Shown here: positions 29,012-39,104 of the stretch, piece after piece
Position numbering within the stretch: the stretch's first letter is position 1
How the letters are laid out: the number at the start of each line of letters is the position of its first letter
Assembly (NCBI GenBank): GCA_963664325.2
Contig: CAXXDQ010000004.1
Coordinates: 512,001-576,000 of the forward strand
Origin: Desulfomonilia bacterium
GTDB taxonomy: Bacteria > Desulfobacterota > Desulfomonilia > UBA1062
DNA length: 64,000 nucleotides
Reading direction: 5' to 3'
The notes under the pieces: model-generated
What the model was told of the DNA's origin: nothing
Database searches by the model: none
Seen by the model: only the letters and a program-made list of their open reading frames with translations
Program-made: the position numbers and the translations under genes

Positions 29012-31582
29012 TCATTTTGGCATCAGTATCAGCATATCGGTGTATTGTTTTTTTACATTTTCTTCATTGAACGGCAGCGGGTGGGTCTTGCCCGTTATGA
29101 AATATTCCTTTGTCATGTCCTTGTAATGAGGACTGGAAGGATTACCTGACTGGCCCGGGACGGTAACGATATAAGCCGGGTCGGGTTCCCCGAAATTGAC
29201 AATCATGCGCATAGCCGGGATCTCGACTACCTCGAATGAGTTGTCGGCCCATGAAAAGCCAGCAATATTTATGGTGGCCCAGTCGCCGCCTGCAGGATAG
29301 ACTCCGGGATTGAAATAGTCATCAAAAGTCCCAAACGGGAGCGAATCGCTTATTTCATGTTTGAATTTATAATGTATCAGTTTTCCCCATTGCCAGTCTC
29401 TTGGGTCGGCGCCCATTTCCCCTTCGCAAAGAATTACTGCATCAGCAAGCGATTCAGCAATTATATCCGCCTTGGTTTCCTTTTTTTCGGTCCTGACATC
29501 ATCCCAGAAAGGGGACTCTTTCCTTGAGAGTATATGGTCTTCCGGTGCGGAATAGCCCTGGTTGTTCAATGATTCGAAAGACTCCCAGGCCGTATTGCCG
29601 TATGGTGCGTACTCGTCAAGGAATGTCTTTGCGTCTGTAAACCGTCCTGTAAGTTTTCCGAAAGACTTCCATTGGGGATTTTCAGAAGGCCCGAATTCAT
29701 CCATAAAGGTATTTATGGTTGCAGTATGGTAAAAGGCCCCCATGACCGCAGCATAGACAGAAGTCGATTTCATTATACAGTCAAAAACCTTGGGGTCCAG
29801 CAGATCCATGGCTTTTGCTGCTTTTTCCTTATCTCTCGGTGAAAGACGATCTATCGCCTTATGGATATCAAGTGCAAAATCCCCTTCAAAGAGCATTTTC
29901 TGCACCTTGTAGGCCATGAGCGAATACCGGTCCACCTGCATGCTTATCATGTCCCCCGTTGTAACATTTTTCATCGGGGCAAGAAGCGAATCTATCCTTT
30001 CAAACCGCTCGGGCTTTTCCCATGAGTTCGATATCATCACGGGATAATCTGCCGGAACCGTCATGTTATTGGCGGTCGCAAGGTAACCCTTCTGAGGGTT
30101 CATATCATGGGGCATTTTTTCAACAGGCACATATCCGGTCCAGTCATACTCACCTCCCCATCCCGGTGAAGGAAGCATTCCCCGCCCTTTCTTTCTGATC
30201 GGGCATATGCCGGAAACCTGCCAGGCTATATTGTCACTGTCGCCGTATATAAAATTCAGATACATGCAACCGATTTTCAAAATGGCCTTCCTTGTGTCAT
30301 CAGTGGTTTTTGCTTCGGAAAGATCGTAAAATCCCTCATATGTTTCGGACATTGCCTGAAACACCCATGAAAGAGACAGGCCATATTTGCTTGCGTCGGG
30401 CATGACGGCAGGAGAAAAGGGAAGCCTGCTTACATTTGTATTCAAAAGCGGACCGTGACATGTCATGGAAACAACCTTTTCAACAGGTTTATTAGATTTA
30501 ATGTTGAACACTTCTTTTCTTTGGTTCACGGGCAGCCATTCTCCTTTATAAAGGTACAGGAGTTTATTATTGTCGGTTTTGAGTTTTTCAACAAACAGGT
30601 CCTGGGTGTCAGCACAGACCATGGTTACACCCCATGCGACATGCCCGTTATAACCGAGGGCGACAATGGGAAGACCCGGAATGAGGACGCCGCCTGCTTC
30701 GTAGCCCGGGCATTTGAGATGCATAATCATCCAGTTTGAAGGGGTTGTAGGCATCAAGTGGGTGTCATTGCATATTATGGACTTTCCACCGAGGGTCTTT
30801 GCGCCCGTAAGCGCCCAGTTGTTCGATGCGGGCAAGGGTTTCGGAATTATGCCGTCAAGATTGTAAGCCGACCCGCTCTTATCTTTTTGAGGTCCCGTCA
30901 AGTCGGATAAAGGAATGTCTTCAAGCTTTTTTATCTCATCTGAGGGAAAGGGTTCTCCTGGATATACAGGGAAAAGCCATGCGGTTTTTTCAGATCCGAG
31001 CCGTGATGCAATTGTGAGGTATTCAAGCTCTTCATAAAGATTATAAGACAGGCCATAACTTATGGCGCTGAAACAGAAAAGGCTGTCGGCCGGTGTCCAT
31101 GGTTGTGGCGTGAATCCCGAAAGAACAAACTCGGCGGTAAGGTATTTTTGCGTTTTAATATATGCGTTGACACCCTTTGAAAAACTTTCGAGAGACAGCA
31201 AATATTTTTTATCAAGGCCAGCAAGGGTATCTTCCACATTTTTTCTTATTCCGAGCGTCCTGAAATATATGTCCGTTTGAAGCATATCCTTTCCGGTTAT
31301 CTCGGAAAGCCTGCCCTGCATGGCCATGCTCCTAAGGTACATCTGCCAGAGCCTGTCCGTAGCCATTGCATAACCGACACCAAAAAACAGGTCTTCTTCA
31401 CCTGCTGCTTCTATATAAGGAATGCCAAGGCTGTCCCTGCTTACAGTAACTTTATTCCTGATCCCATCAATTATTACGGTTCCTGCGGGTTTGTTGACCG
31501 AGGCATCAAATCTCTTTCTGAGCATCGCGCAAGCACTAAGGAAAATACAGGCGATGCAGAGTAGAATTATCGTTTTTTTCAT
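29012..31582 (-). CDS. Penicillin acylase/AHL acylase family Ntn-hydrolase, lipoprotein
   Basis: Lipobox LSAC; RDSLGIPYI, DRLWQM, nucleophile Ser in ASNNW, NDTHL, PGQSGNPSSPHYKD. Confidence 0.92.
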   Translation of the reverse strand: MKKTIILLCIACIFLSACAMLRKRFDASVNKPAGTVIIDGIRNKVTVSRDSLGIPYIEAAGEEDLFFGVGYAMATDRLWQMYLRSMAMQGRLSEITGKDMLQTDIYFRTLGIRKNVEDTLAGLDKKYLLSLESFSKGVNAYIKTQKYLTAEFVLSGFTPQPWTPADSLFCFSAISYGLSYNLYEELEYLTIASRLGSEKTAWLFPVYPGEPFPSDEIKKLEDIPLSDLTGPQKDKSGSAYNLDGIIPKPLPASNNWALTGAKTLGGKSIICNDTHLMPTTPSNWMIMHLKCPGYEAGGVLIPGLPIVALGYNGHVAWGVTMVCADTQDLFVEKLKTDNNKLLYLYKGEWLPVNQRKEVFNIKSNKPVEKVVSMTCHGPLLNTNVSRLPFSPAVMPDASKYGLSLSWVFQAMSETYEGFYDLSEAKTTDDTRKAILKIGCMYLNFIYGDSDNIAWQVSGICPIRKKGRGMLPSPGWGGEYDWTGYVPVEKMPHDMNPQKGYLATANNMTVPADYPVMISNSWEKPERFERIDSLLAPMKNVTTGDMISMQVDRYSLMAYKVQKMLFEGDFALDIHKAIDRLSPRDKEKAAKAMDLLDPKVFDCIMKSTSVYAAVMGAFYHTATINTFMDEFGPSENPQWKSFGKLTGRFTDAKTFLDEYAPYGNTAWESFESLNNQGYSAPEDHILSRKESPFWDDVRTEKKETKADIIAESLADAVILCEGEMGADPRDWQWGKLIHYKFKHEISDSLPFGTFDDYFNPGVYPAGGDWATINIAGFSWADNSFEVVEIPAMRMIVNFGEPDPAYIVTVPGQSGNPSSPHYKDMTKEYFITGKTHPLPFNEENVKKQYTDMLILMPK

Positions 31583-31643
31583 GTAATTCTCCTGCGCGTA
31601 CTTTAGAGAACCTTTAATTCATGCAGGTCCTGTCAGTAAAAAA

Positions 31644-32504
31644 CTATTTAAACGGGATTTCTCTTAACATAGTCCCGACAAAACCGTCTCTAAAAAATGT
31701 CTTGTAGTCTCTACCCGTCTCGGGAAGATTCAACCTTGTCGCATTGGACCAGATAACCGTTTTGCTCTTTAAATCGATTAATACGGCCAGGCCTTCAATT
31801 TCATCCTTTCTAAGATCGATAATCTGAATCGAATCCGGTGAGGCCTTGTGAAAGGTAGTCCCTGAGCCATTATCGATAATCCTGTTATTCTTATCTCTTA
31901 TGTACACCAGCGCCTGGCCTATAACAACAAGAATGGCGTCAGAGCCTGTTTTATCGGTTATAACCGAAAGACATTCTGATAAATTCATGTCAGGTTTGAA
32001 CGATGCATTCCTCTCTTTTTTTTCAGTCGGCAGAACCGCTACCGAGGCTAAAACTTTCATAAGGGCTTCGTTATATTCCTTATCGTTATTTGATAATGAA
32101 GGTAATGCAAAAGGAGGTTTCTTGTTCTCAATACCCGAATCTGTTTTAACGTCGCCCCCTGTTTCAACGGTTATGTATGATCCCACATAAGGGGCAGGGC
32201 ATAAGATTGGAACAATCCCATTTTTTTTAAGAAAGGCTTGTATCCCTGTCAGGGTATAATGATCGGCGCTGACGGATTCATCCAGAAGCAATGCATTCAT
32301 GTGTTCGGCAACGCAAATGTCTGCAAGGACACTTACTTTTTTAATGCCCTCCATAGCCTTTAAAGAAGGCCCTGACACATCCACTCCCGAATCCCCCGGG
32401 ATATCTTTTTGTCGGGCTTCGGACTTTGTTTCAATTGATGCGCAGGATGCAAACATCAACATGATAAATACGCAAATCATAATTTTTACTGTCACGTTAT
32501 TCAT
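31644..32504 (-). CDS. Hypothetical lipoprotein
   Basis: Hydrophobic N-terminus with FASC lipobox; co-oriented between buk and the acylase. Confidence 0.7.
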   Translation of the reverse strand: MNNVTVKIMICVFIMLMFASCASIETKSEARQKDIPGDSGVDVSGPSLKAMEGIKKVSVLADICVAEHMNALLLDESVSADHYTLTGIQAFLKKNGIVPILCPAPYVGSYITVETGGDVKTDSGIENKKPPFALPSLSNNDKEYNEALMKVLASVAVLPTEKKERNASFKPDMNLSECLSVITDKTGSDAILVVIGQALVYIRDKNNRIIDNGSGTTFHKASPDSIQIIDLRKDEIEGLAVLIDLKSKTVIWSNATRLNLPETGRDYKTFFRDGFVGTMLREIPFK

Positions 32505-32530
32505 GCCGATCTTCCCCCTTTGTCCTGGAT

Positions 32531-33595
32531 TCAATATTTTCTTACAGGCTCATCTCCGTTTAATGCCCTTAATCCGCCTTCGGCAAGCGCAAGCATTTCG
32601 TTTTCTCCCGGATAAATGCAGACCTTACCTAAAAAGCGGACCCTTTCAATTATCCAGCCTGTGAGCATTTCCGAATATGCAAGACCCCCCGTCAGGATGA
32701 TCCCGTCTATCCTGCCGGAAAGGCTTGCAGCCATTGCGCAGATATATTTGGATATCTGATATGCCATGGCCCTGAATATAAGTTCGGCTTTTTTGTCGCA
32801 TTGATTTATTCGCCTTTCAACCTCTTCGGCATTGTTTGTGCCCAGATAGGCTGTCAGGCCTCCCCTGACGGTCAGGTTTTCCTTGAGAGCTTCAATGTTC
32901 GATCCAGTATGTTCCATGGTGTAAATTAGTTCCAGCGTTGGCAGGGAGCCGGCCCTTTCAGGGGTAAACGGACCTTCGGAAAGTCCGTGCGTGCTGTCGA
33001 TTACGCGGCCGTTTTTGTGCGCACCTATTGTGATTCCGCCTCCCATATGGGCGATGATCAGGTTCAGTTCTTCGTATTTCCTGTTCAACATACGGGCATA
33101 TCTTTTTGCCGCAGCCTTGTGGCTCAGTGCATGAAAAGCGCTTTTCCTCTCAATTGAAGGGAAGCCGGAAATACGGGAAACCTCATCATATTCGTCCGTG
33201 CTGGGTGGATCAACAACAAGTGCCTTCGTCCCGATTGCCTCGGCAATGTCGAGGGCTATCCGCGGGCCTAGTGCAGAAGCATGCAATCCGTAACGGCCGA
33301 GCATAAGATCGCTGCACATTTCCTCATTTATTTCATAAACACCCGAGCCTCCCGGTTTTCCGAGCCCTCCCCTGCTTATGATAATATCTATTTCAGGGGG
33401 TTTTATTCTCGAAGCCTTAATGAATTCGTCGATATCAGATCTTCTTGCAGGCAGCTGTTCAGCGATTTTCAGCTTAAGGACATCTTTTTCATATCTGTTT
33501 ACGTGTGATGCCAGGAGTGAATCGCCCTTGAACAATGCCATTTTTGTTGATGTTGATCCAGGATTTATTATCAGCATCAGAGGCTTATTAATCAT
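32531..33595 (-). CDS. buk: Butyrate kinase
   Basis: INPGSTSTK, SRGG, HASALG, HMGGGI, GPFTPERAG, LTGGLA, YPGENEM. Confidence 0.93.
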   Translation of the reverse strand: MINKPLMLIINPGSTSTKMALFKGDSLLASHVNRYEKDVLKLKIAEQLPARRSDIDEFIKASRIKPPEIDIIISRGGLGKPGGSGVYEINEEMCSDLMLGRYGLHASALGPRIALDIAEAIGTKALVVDPPSTDEYDEVSRISGFPSIERKSAFHALSHKAAAKRYARMLNRKYEELNLIIAHMGGGITIGAHKNGRVIDSTHGLSEGPFTPERAGSLPTLELIYTMEHTGSNIEALKENLTVRGGLTAYLGTNNAEEVERRINQCDKKAELIFRAMAYQISKYICAMAASLSGRIDGIILTGGLAYSEMLTGWIIERVRFLGKVCIYPGENEMLALAEGGLRALNGDEPVRKY

Positions 33596-33611
33596 TATTG
33601 TTAACCTTTCC

Positions 33612-34487
33612 TTATACCAGCGAGGCAAGGGCCATGCTGGCCAGCAGGCCTTTGTTGCATATGAAAGGAAGATTAATTATTGCCGGTTTCGACATCCCGA
33701 GAACAAGCCCGCTGCAGACAAGCCCTCCTATGAATACAAGGTGTTCGGCGAAAAGATACCCTGACTCGACATCATGCACCAGGTAAATGTCGGTATCACC
33801 GGCAACCGGGCTTTTGACCCCCTTTCTTTCTGCCGCGATTTTTGAAAGGGCACAATCTATATCAAGAGGGCCTTCAATCATGGCTTCGCCGAACTGGCGT
33901 CTTTCAGACATCTTTGAAAGGATTGCTGAATCCAGAGTGGAATGTATCTTGGGGTTAACGTATTCGAGCACTGCAAGTGCCGCAATCTTGGGTATTTCCC
34001 TGCCCAGTGCTTTCCACAGAGAAGTAGCATTCTCGACGATAATCTGTTTTTCCAACAGTGTCGGATGGTCGTGAATAAACGTGTCGGTTATTATCACAGG
34101 CGTTTTTCTTCCCGGAAAGAAGAATACACAGGCATGGCTTGCTCTCCTGTGTGTGTGAAGTCCTGTCTTCAAATCCTGGAGTGAAGATAAAAATGAAGAA
34201 ATATCTATGCCTCCCTGTATTATTATATCCGCTTTATTGTTTTTGAGCATATCTGCAGCAACGGCCAGCGATTCCTCTGATGAGCCTGCATCAATATATT
34301 CACAAGGGATGCAGTTCTCCTGAAATTTCCTACGGATGTTCCTTCCACCGATAAAGACCGGATATACAATGCCCAATCCCGCGGCTTTGATGATCATATC
34401 CAGGTCGTCGTCAATGCACATCGGAACAATCAAACGCTTTTTCATGCGGGATGCCTTCCTGATAAGGCTGTCAAATCCGTCTTTCAT
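33612..34487 (-). CDS. Phosphate butyryltransferase-family protein, paralog B (divergent)
   Basis: KIAALAVLEYVNPK, EGPLDIDCA, VAGDTDI present; KG and SRAD absent. Confidence 0.8.
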   Translation of the reverse strand: MKDGFDSLIRKASRMKKRLIVPMCIDDDLDMIIKAAGLGIVYPVFIGGRNIRRKFQENCIPCEYIDAGSSEESLAVAADMLKNNKADIIIQGGIDISSFLSSLQDLKTGLHTHRRASHACVFFFPGRKTPVIITDTFIHDHPTLLEKQIIVENATSLWKALGREIPKIAALAVLEYVNPKIHSTLDSAILSKMSERRQFGEAMIEGPLDIDCALSKIAAERKGVKSPVAGDTDIYLVHDVESGYLFAEHLVFIGGLVCSGLVLGMSKPAIINLPFICNKGLLASMALASLV

Positions 34488-35416
34488 TTTTTAGCCTTTC
34501 TCATCCTGTCTGAGATAACAACTCCCATAGCCATTTCACCGACAATCGAGTCTTTGGTATCAGCACGGGAAGGAACAAGGACAGGGCCTGCGGATGTGTT
34601 AACGATCGAGCGTCTTGTTACAGGCAAGAGAAAATCCAGCTTGCATAGTATGTTGCCTGCATCCAGACCGGGCACAAGCATCACGTCAGGCAGCTTTGAT
34701 ATATCTATTGATTCCATACTGGTTAGCCGTTTTGAATCACCCAGAAAAACACCACTCAGATTTGTTTGCGGAAGAACTTCACATTCGCCCAGGTTGCCGT
34801 TAAGAGCCTCCTGCAGCAACGCCGCCGCATCTTTTGCCGAAGGCTGCTCAATTCCGAATCCCCGGTTGCCTGATAAGGCCAGTATTTTAGGTTTTGAATT
34901 CCCCAGGATGTGCAGGAGAAAGACCGCATTTTTTATGGTATTTATCTTGGCCTTAAGGTCGGGTTTTATATTCACACCGACGTCGGTGAAAATGATGAAA
35001 CGGTTGAGACCTGGTATTTCCCACATTGTCAGAACACAAACGGTCATCCCGCTTTCGGTTCTGGTTTCTTCCCGAATTACAGATTTGTAGACATATGCCG
35101 TCGGAATCTGGCCCTTGCAGACCATGTCAACCCGTCCTGAAAAAAGCATTGAAAGACCTTTGTTGGCGATTGCCTGACGGTCGGTTTCCCTGATCAGTTC
35201 ATAATTGTCACAGAAAAACCCGATCTTTTCCGATACCCTTTTTATCTTCTCAATATCCCCTATCAGGAGAGGAATGATGTATCCCATTTCCCATCCTTCC
35301 TTTACGGCCGATAAAAATTCACTGTCCTCGGGTGCAAGGACAGCAAGGCTTTTGGGAGTTGTTTTCCCCGCAACTGTAAGCACATCTTTTAAAGTATGTA
35401 TCATGCTATACCCCAT
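34484..35416 (-). CDS. Phosphate butyryltransferase-family protein, paralog A (divergent)
   Basis: VCKG, TDVGVNIKP, LVPGLDAGN, SRAD present; GPLxxDxA absent. Confidence 0.8.
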   Translation of the reverse strand: MGYSMIHTLKDVLTVAGKTTPKSLAVLAPEDSEFLSAVKEGWEMGYIIPLLIGDIEKIKRVSEKIGFFCDNYELIRETDRQAIANKGLSMLFSGRVDMVCKGQIPTAYVYKSVIREETRTESGMTVCVLTMWEIPGLNRFIIFTDVGVNIKPDLKAKINTIKNAVFLLHILGNSKPKILALSGNRGFGIEQPSAKDAAALLQEALNGNLGECEVLPQTNLSGVFLGDSKRLTSMESIDISKLPDVMLVPGLDAGNILCKLDFLLPVTRRSIVNTSAGPVLVPSRADTKDSIVGEMAMGVVISDRMRKAKK

Positions 35417-35652
35417 TAGCAGAAAACGTTCTGTCAGGCATGTTCAATATTTTCCCCGGCAACAATGAATATAAGAACCTGAGGCATTCCTGTAAATCGA
35501 ATTTCTTTAATATTAAAGTATAAAATATTGTCCATAATTCCCAAATTTTTCCATTTAAATAAATTGAAAAAATTTGTTTAAAATACTAAAGTCGGTTTAT
35601 GGAATTGACGATATCAAACTCATATTTGAAATGATTTAGAGGGAGGACGCCC

Positions 35653-35952
35653 ATGGAAGAAAAAAGAAAATATCCCAGGAGAAAACTCGGATGTACCGCA
35701 TTGTTCAAAGGCGGTACCTTGGCGTGTGAAAGTGTACGTATCCGCGACATAAGCAGAGGCGGTCTCTTTGTTGAAACGCAAAAACCTGCTGCCCGGGGTG
35801 AGACAGTCCTTGTAAATATTGATGAATACAATTTCGGCAAAGATGTCGGCATAAAGGGCATAGTGGTGAGACATGTTCCTGAATACGGCATGGGCATTCA
35901 GATATCTTCTACAACCGATGACGATTACCTGAGGGAATGGATTTCCAGATAA
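35653..35952 (+). CDS. Single-domain PilZ protein
   Basis: RKYPR and DISRGG motifs; GGAGG RBS. Confidence 0.88.
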   Translation: MEEKRKYPRRKLGCTALFKGGTLACESVRIRDISRGGLFVETQKPAARGETVLVNIDEYNFGKDVGIKGIVVRHVPEYGMGIQISSTTDDDYLREWISR

Positions 35953-35999
35953 GCCGGTTTCATCAATAGATAAAGCCATTCGTGCCAGAGCCAGGCAGT

Positions 36000-37337
36000 T
36001 TATTTTATTTCCGCCTTCAATCTCTTGTACATTTCATAAGTAAGGTTTTCCCATCTGCATGGAAGAATTGAGTTGTTATGAAATAACGGCTCGGATTCTA
36101 TGGGGAAAGGGCTTTTTTTAACGGCCTCAACCCAGAGGGCTGTATTCGGAATCGGTGAATACTCTGCTATTATGGGACGCGCGCCCGATGCCTTTACAAA
36201 ATCAACAGTACCGATGACCTGCCTGATATCCTGGTTCGGCATTCCGCATAAGACATATACTCCGATATCGTTATCAGCATAACCCGCTTTATGGAGGTTG
36301 CTGACGGCTCGGACAAACTCAGGATTAGTGACCTTTGAACCGGTTTCTGACTGCAAAACCGGGTCTGAGGTTTCAAGGCCGAGCCTGACTGTCTTAAACC
36401 CGGTCTTTTTCATCAGCAGTGCGACTTCTTCACTAATGGAATTAGCATGAAGGCCGTTCGGACAATGAAATGCCGCCATAATGTTCCTTTTCAGAATTTC
36501 CTTCATAAGTGGAATTGCAGACCGTTCGGGTTCGAAAAGCAGCGCATCGTCATAAAATGCAAAATCCCTTATTCCCCTTGAACTCCAGAATTCGATTTCA
36601 TCGGTCACTTTTATAGGATCGCGCCTGTTGAATCTCTTGTTCATTATCGACGAGGCGCAGTATGTACAGGAATACGGGCATCCCCTTGATGTCTGAATGC
36701 AGACATAGGGTGCCTCTGTGAGGTCAAAAGCCGGATAAGGCAGCTTGTCCAGGTCTGGCGTAATGTTTGGACAAGTGCCGGGCGAACACCATACCGAACA
36801 CAGGATTTTAATAACGCTCTCTTCACCTTCACCCTGTATTATAACATCGGCACCCGAGAATCTGCGTGCGTGTTCAGGCAGAAGTGTTGCATACACGCCT
36901 CCGAGAAGAACCGGAACGTCCGCATATATTTTTTTTATCCGGCTGATTGCCTCGATTACCCCGGGATACCAGTATGTCATAAGTGATGTTACAAGGATTG
37001 CATCCGGCCTGGAAATGCCGGTTAACATCATGTCGAACTCTTCAGGTGCCATCCCGTACCTTGAATAATTTCTTGGGAAAAAAGCAAGAATCTCCGGTTT
37101 TTCAATAATCTGTCTTCTGAATTTTCCGTGACCGCCAGGTTTCCTGTTTGAACGACCTGTCTCAAGACAGTCTATGAAAGCGGTCTCACAGCCATATGAC
37201 CTGAGCAGTGAACCGATATATAAAAGGCCAAGAGGCTTGGCCCACATGTCATAGGCGGCGAAATCATAAATCCAGGGATTGACAAGGAGAACATTCCTCC
37301 CCTTGAAAATCATCTTGTCTTCTTTGCCGGTTGACAC
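36000..37337 (-). CDS. B12-binding radical SAM protein
   Basis: PLGLLYI...GGVYAT cobalamin-binding domain; SRGCPYSCTYC. Confidence 0.9.
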   Translation of the reverse strand: MSTGKEDKMIFKGRNVLLVNPWIYDFAAYDMWAKPLGLLYIGSLLRSYGCETAFIDCLETGRSNRKPGGHGKFRRQIIEKPEILAFFPRNYSRYGMAPEEFDMMLTGISRPDAILVTSLMTYWYPGVIEAISRIKKIYADVPVLLGGVYATLLPEHARRFSGADVIIQGEGEESVIKILCSVWCSPGTCPNITPDLDKLPYPAFDLTEAPYVCIQTSRGCPYSCTYCASSIMNKRFNRRDPIKVTDEIEFWSSRGIRDFAFYDDALLFEPERSAIPLMKEILKRNIMAAFHCPNGLHANSISEEVALLMKKTGFKTVRLGLETSDPVLQSETGSKVTNPEFVRAVSNLHKAGYADNDIGVYVLCGMPNQDIRQVIGTVDFVKASGARPIIAEYSPIPNTALWVEAVKKSPFPIESEPLFHNNSILPCRWENLTYEMYKRLKAEIK

Positions 37338-38999
37338 CTATTCCTTCAGAGTATCGAAGGCCGACAGCACCAGATCAATTTCCCGGGCCTTCCTGGCCTT
37401 TGTCCATTTGAGTTCCCTTGCCGCAATGGAGGCGATATTATCTATGACGTCGACACCGGGGTTTCCGAGGGTGCAGATGCCGGTTCTTCTGAAAAGTATG
37501 TCAGAGAGACACACCGCCATCTCGTTTCTCAATGCATAAACAGCCTCGGCCGTTATATCGGGAAGGTTGAGTGAAACCCTTTCGAGCTTCTTCGGGGCGC
37601 TGGATATTACATCAAGATACCTGGTTCCATAGTTTCTGCAGAGGTTTTCGATTATTTCATCCTGAAGTCCGGCCGGCCTTCTCATTTTTGCCCTTTCGAC
37701 AAACGTCGTATACCGGGCTATATCCCCTCCGTAAAGCGGCGTGGTGTGGGTCATGCAAGGCAATGAAGGCATTTTCAGTTTTTTCACGGTAAGGTCGACA
37801 AGCTGTGCGGCAAGGTTTCTGGATGTAGTGTATTTTCCGCCTATGACTGTAATGAAGCCTTTTATCTGATCGTCTTCCTCATGATCGTAAATCTCGTACT
37901 TGCGGGATGCGTCGTAAACCTCTACCTCTATGCTTGTTTCTTTTTCAACAATGGGTCTCAGGCCTCCATATTGAAAGAGCACGTCGGAGCGTTTCAGGTC
38001 TGCAATAGGGTATCCCTCGTTAACCTCGGTTATCAAGCCCGTGATATCCTTTTCTGTTACCTTGAAATCATCGGGGTTTCCCTTGAAAAGTTCATCCGTT
38101 GTCCCGATAAGACTGTGGCCTCTCCATGGAATTATAAAAAAATGCCTGCCACCCGGGGTCTGAAGTGTTATGGCCTTGTCTTTGCCGATGGCCTTCGTGA
38201 TGATATGAATACCTTTTGACCTGACAAGTCCGTGATGGGTCTTTCCCTTGAGTTTGCCTAGCATCTGGTCTGCCCATGGGCCGGTTGCATTGATTGTGAC
38301 TTTGGAGCGAACGGAGCATTCCTCGCCGGTAAGCATATCCCGGGCCTTGACACCGGTAATGGCATCGCCTTCCGTGACCAGTTCCGTTACCTCGGCGTAG
38401 TTGATAGCATCCGCACCGCATTCGATACCCGAGAGTATGAATTCCAGCGTCAGTCTTTCGGGTGAATACATCTGACAGTCATGGTATACGACGCCGCCCT
38501 TTAGTCCTTCTTTTACAAAACCTGGGGCCAGCTCAAGAATTTCTTCGGCGTTTAATCTCTCATGTGCCGGAATCTTTCTGTCATCATCATTGATCCATTT
38601 CCTGTCATAGGCCAGCGAATCATAAAAAACCATGGCGGATATAAGCGCAGGAAGGCCACGCATTCCCCATCCGTAGGCAGGGAAGATAAAAGGCATCGGG
38701 TATACAAGATGCGGGGCAATCATCTCCAGGATGCGTCTTTCCTGAAGTGATTCACGGACAAGACTCAGTTCCATCGTCTTGAGGTATCTGAGTCCTCCGT
38801 GTATCAGTTTGGATGTTGCGGCCGAGGTCGCTGCACCAAAATCAGATTTGTCAAAAAGGGCTGCTTTCAGTCCCCTCAGGGCTGCATCCCAGAGAACGCA
38901 TGCACCTGTTATGCCTCCTCCTATCACGAGCAGATCATAGGTTTTTTCGCTCATGGCCTTGAGATCTCTTTTCATTTTTTCCTCCGGGGTTAAAGTCAA
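37338..38999 (-). CDS. glpD: FAD-dependent glycerol-3-phosphate dehydrogenase
   Basis: IGGGITG, TSAATSKLIHGGLRYL, GLRP, GGKYTT, RRT. Confidence 0.9.
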   Translation of the reverse strand: MTLTPEEKMKRDLKAMSEKTYDLLVIGGGITGACVLWDAALRGLKAALFDKSDFGAATSAATSKLIHGGLRYLKTMELSLVRESLQERRILEMIAPHLVYPMPFIFPAYGWGMRGLPALISAMVFYDSLAYDRKWINDDDRKIPAHERLNAEEILELAPGFVKEGLKGGVVYHDCQMYSPERLTLEFILSGIECGADAINYAEVTELVTEGDAITGVKARDMLTGEECSVRSKVTINATGPWADQMLGKLKGKTHHGLVRSKGIHIITKAIGKDKAITLQTPGGRHFFIIPWRGHSLIGTTDELFKGNPDDFKVTEKDITGLITEVNEGYPIADLKRSDVLFQYGGLRPIVEKETSIEVEVYDASRKYEIYDHEEDDQIKGFITVIGGKYTTSRNLAAQLVDLTVKKLKMPSLPCMTHTTPLYGGDIARYTTFVERAKMRRPAGLQDEIIENLCRNYGTRYLDVISSAPKKLERVSLNLPDITAEAVYALRNEMAVCLSDILFRRTGICTLGNPGVDVIDNIASIAARELKWTKARKAREIDLVLSAFDTLKE

Positions 39000-39104
39000 T
39001 AAAAGTTACTTATCAAAAAAATTCAAAATAATCTGTAGGGATATTTTTATGATAATATTGCCCGGATTATTCAACTCTGTTATCAGCCAGGAAAGGAGGC
39101 GGAT

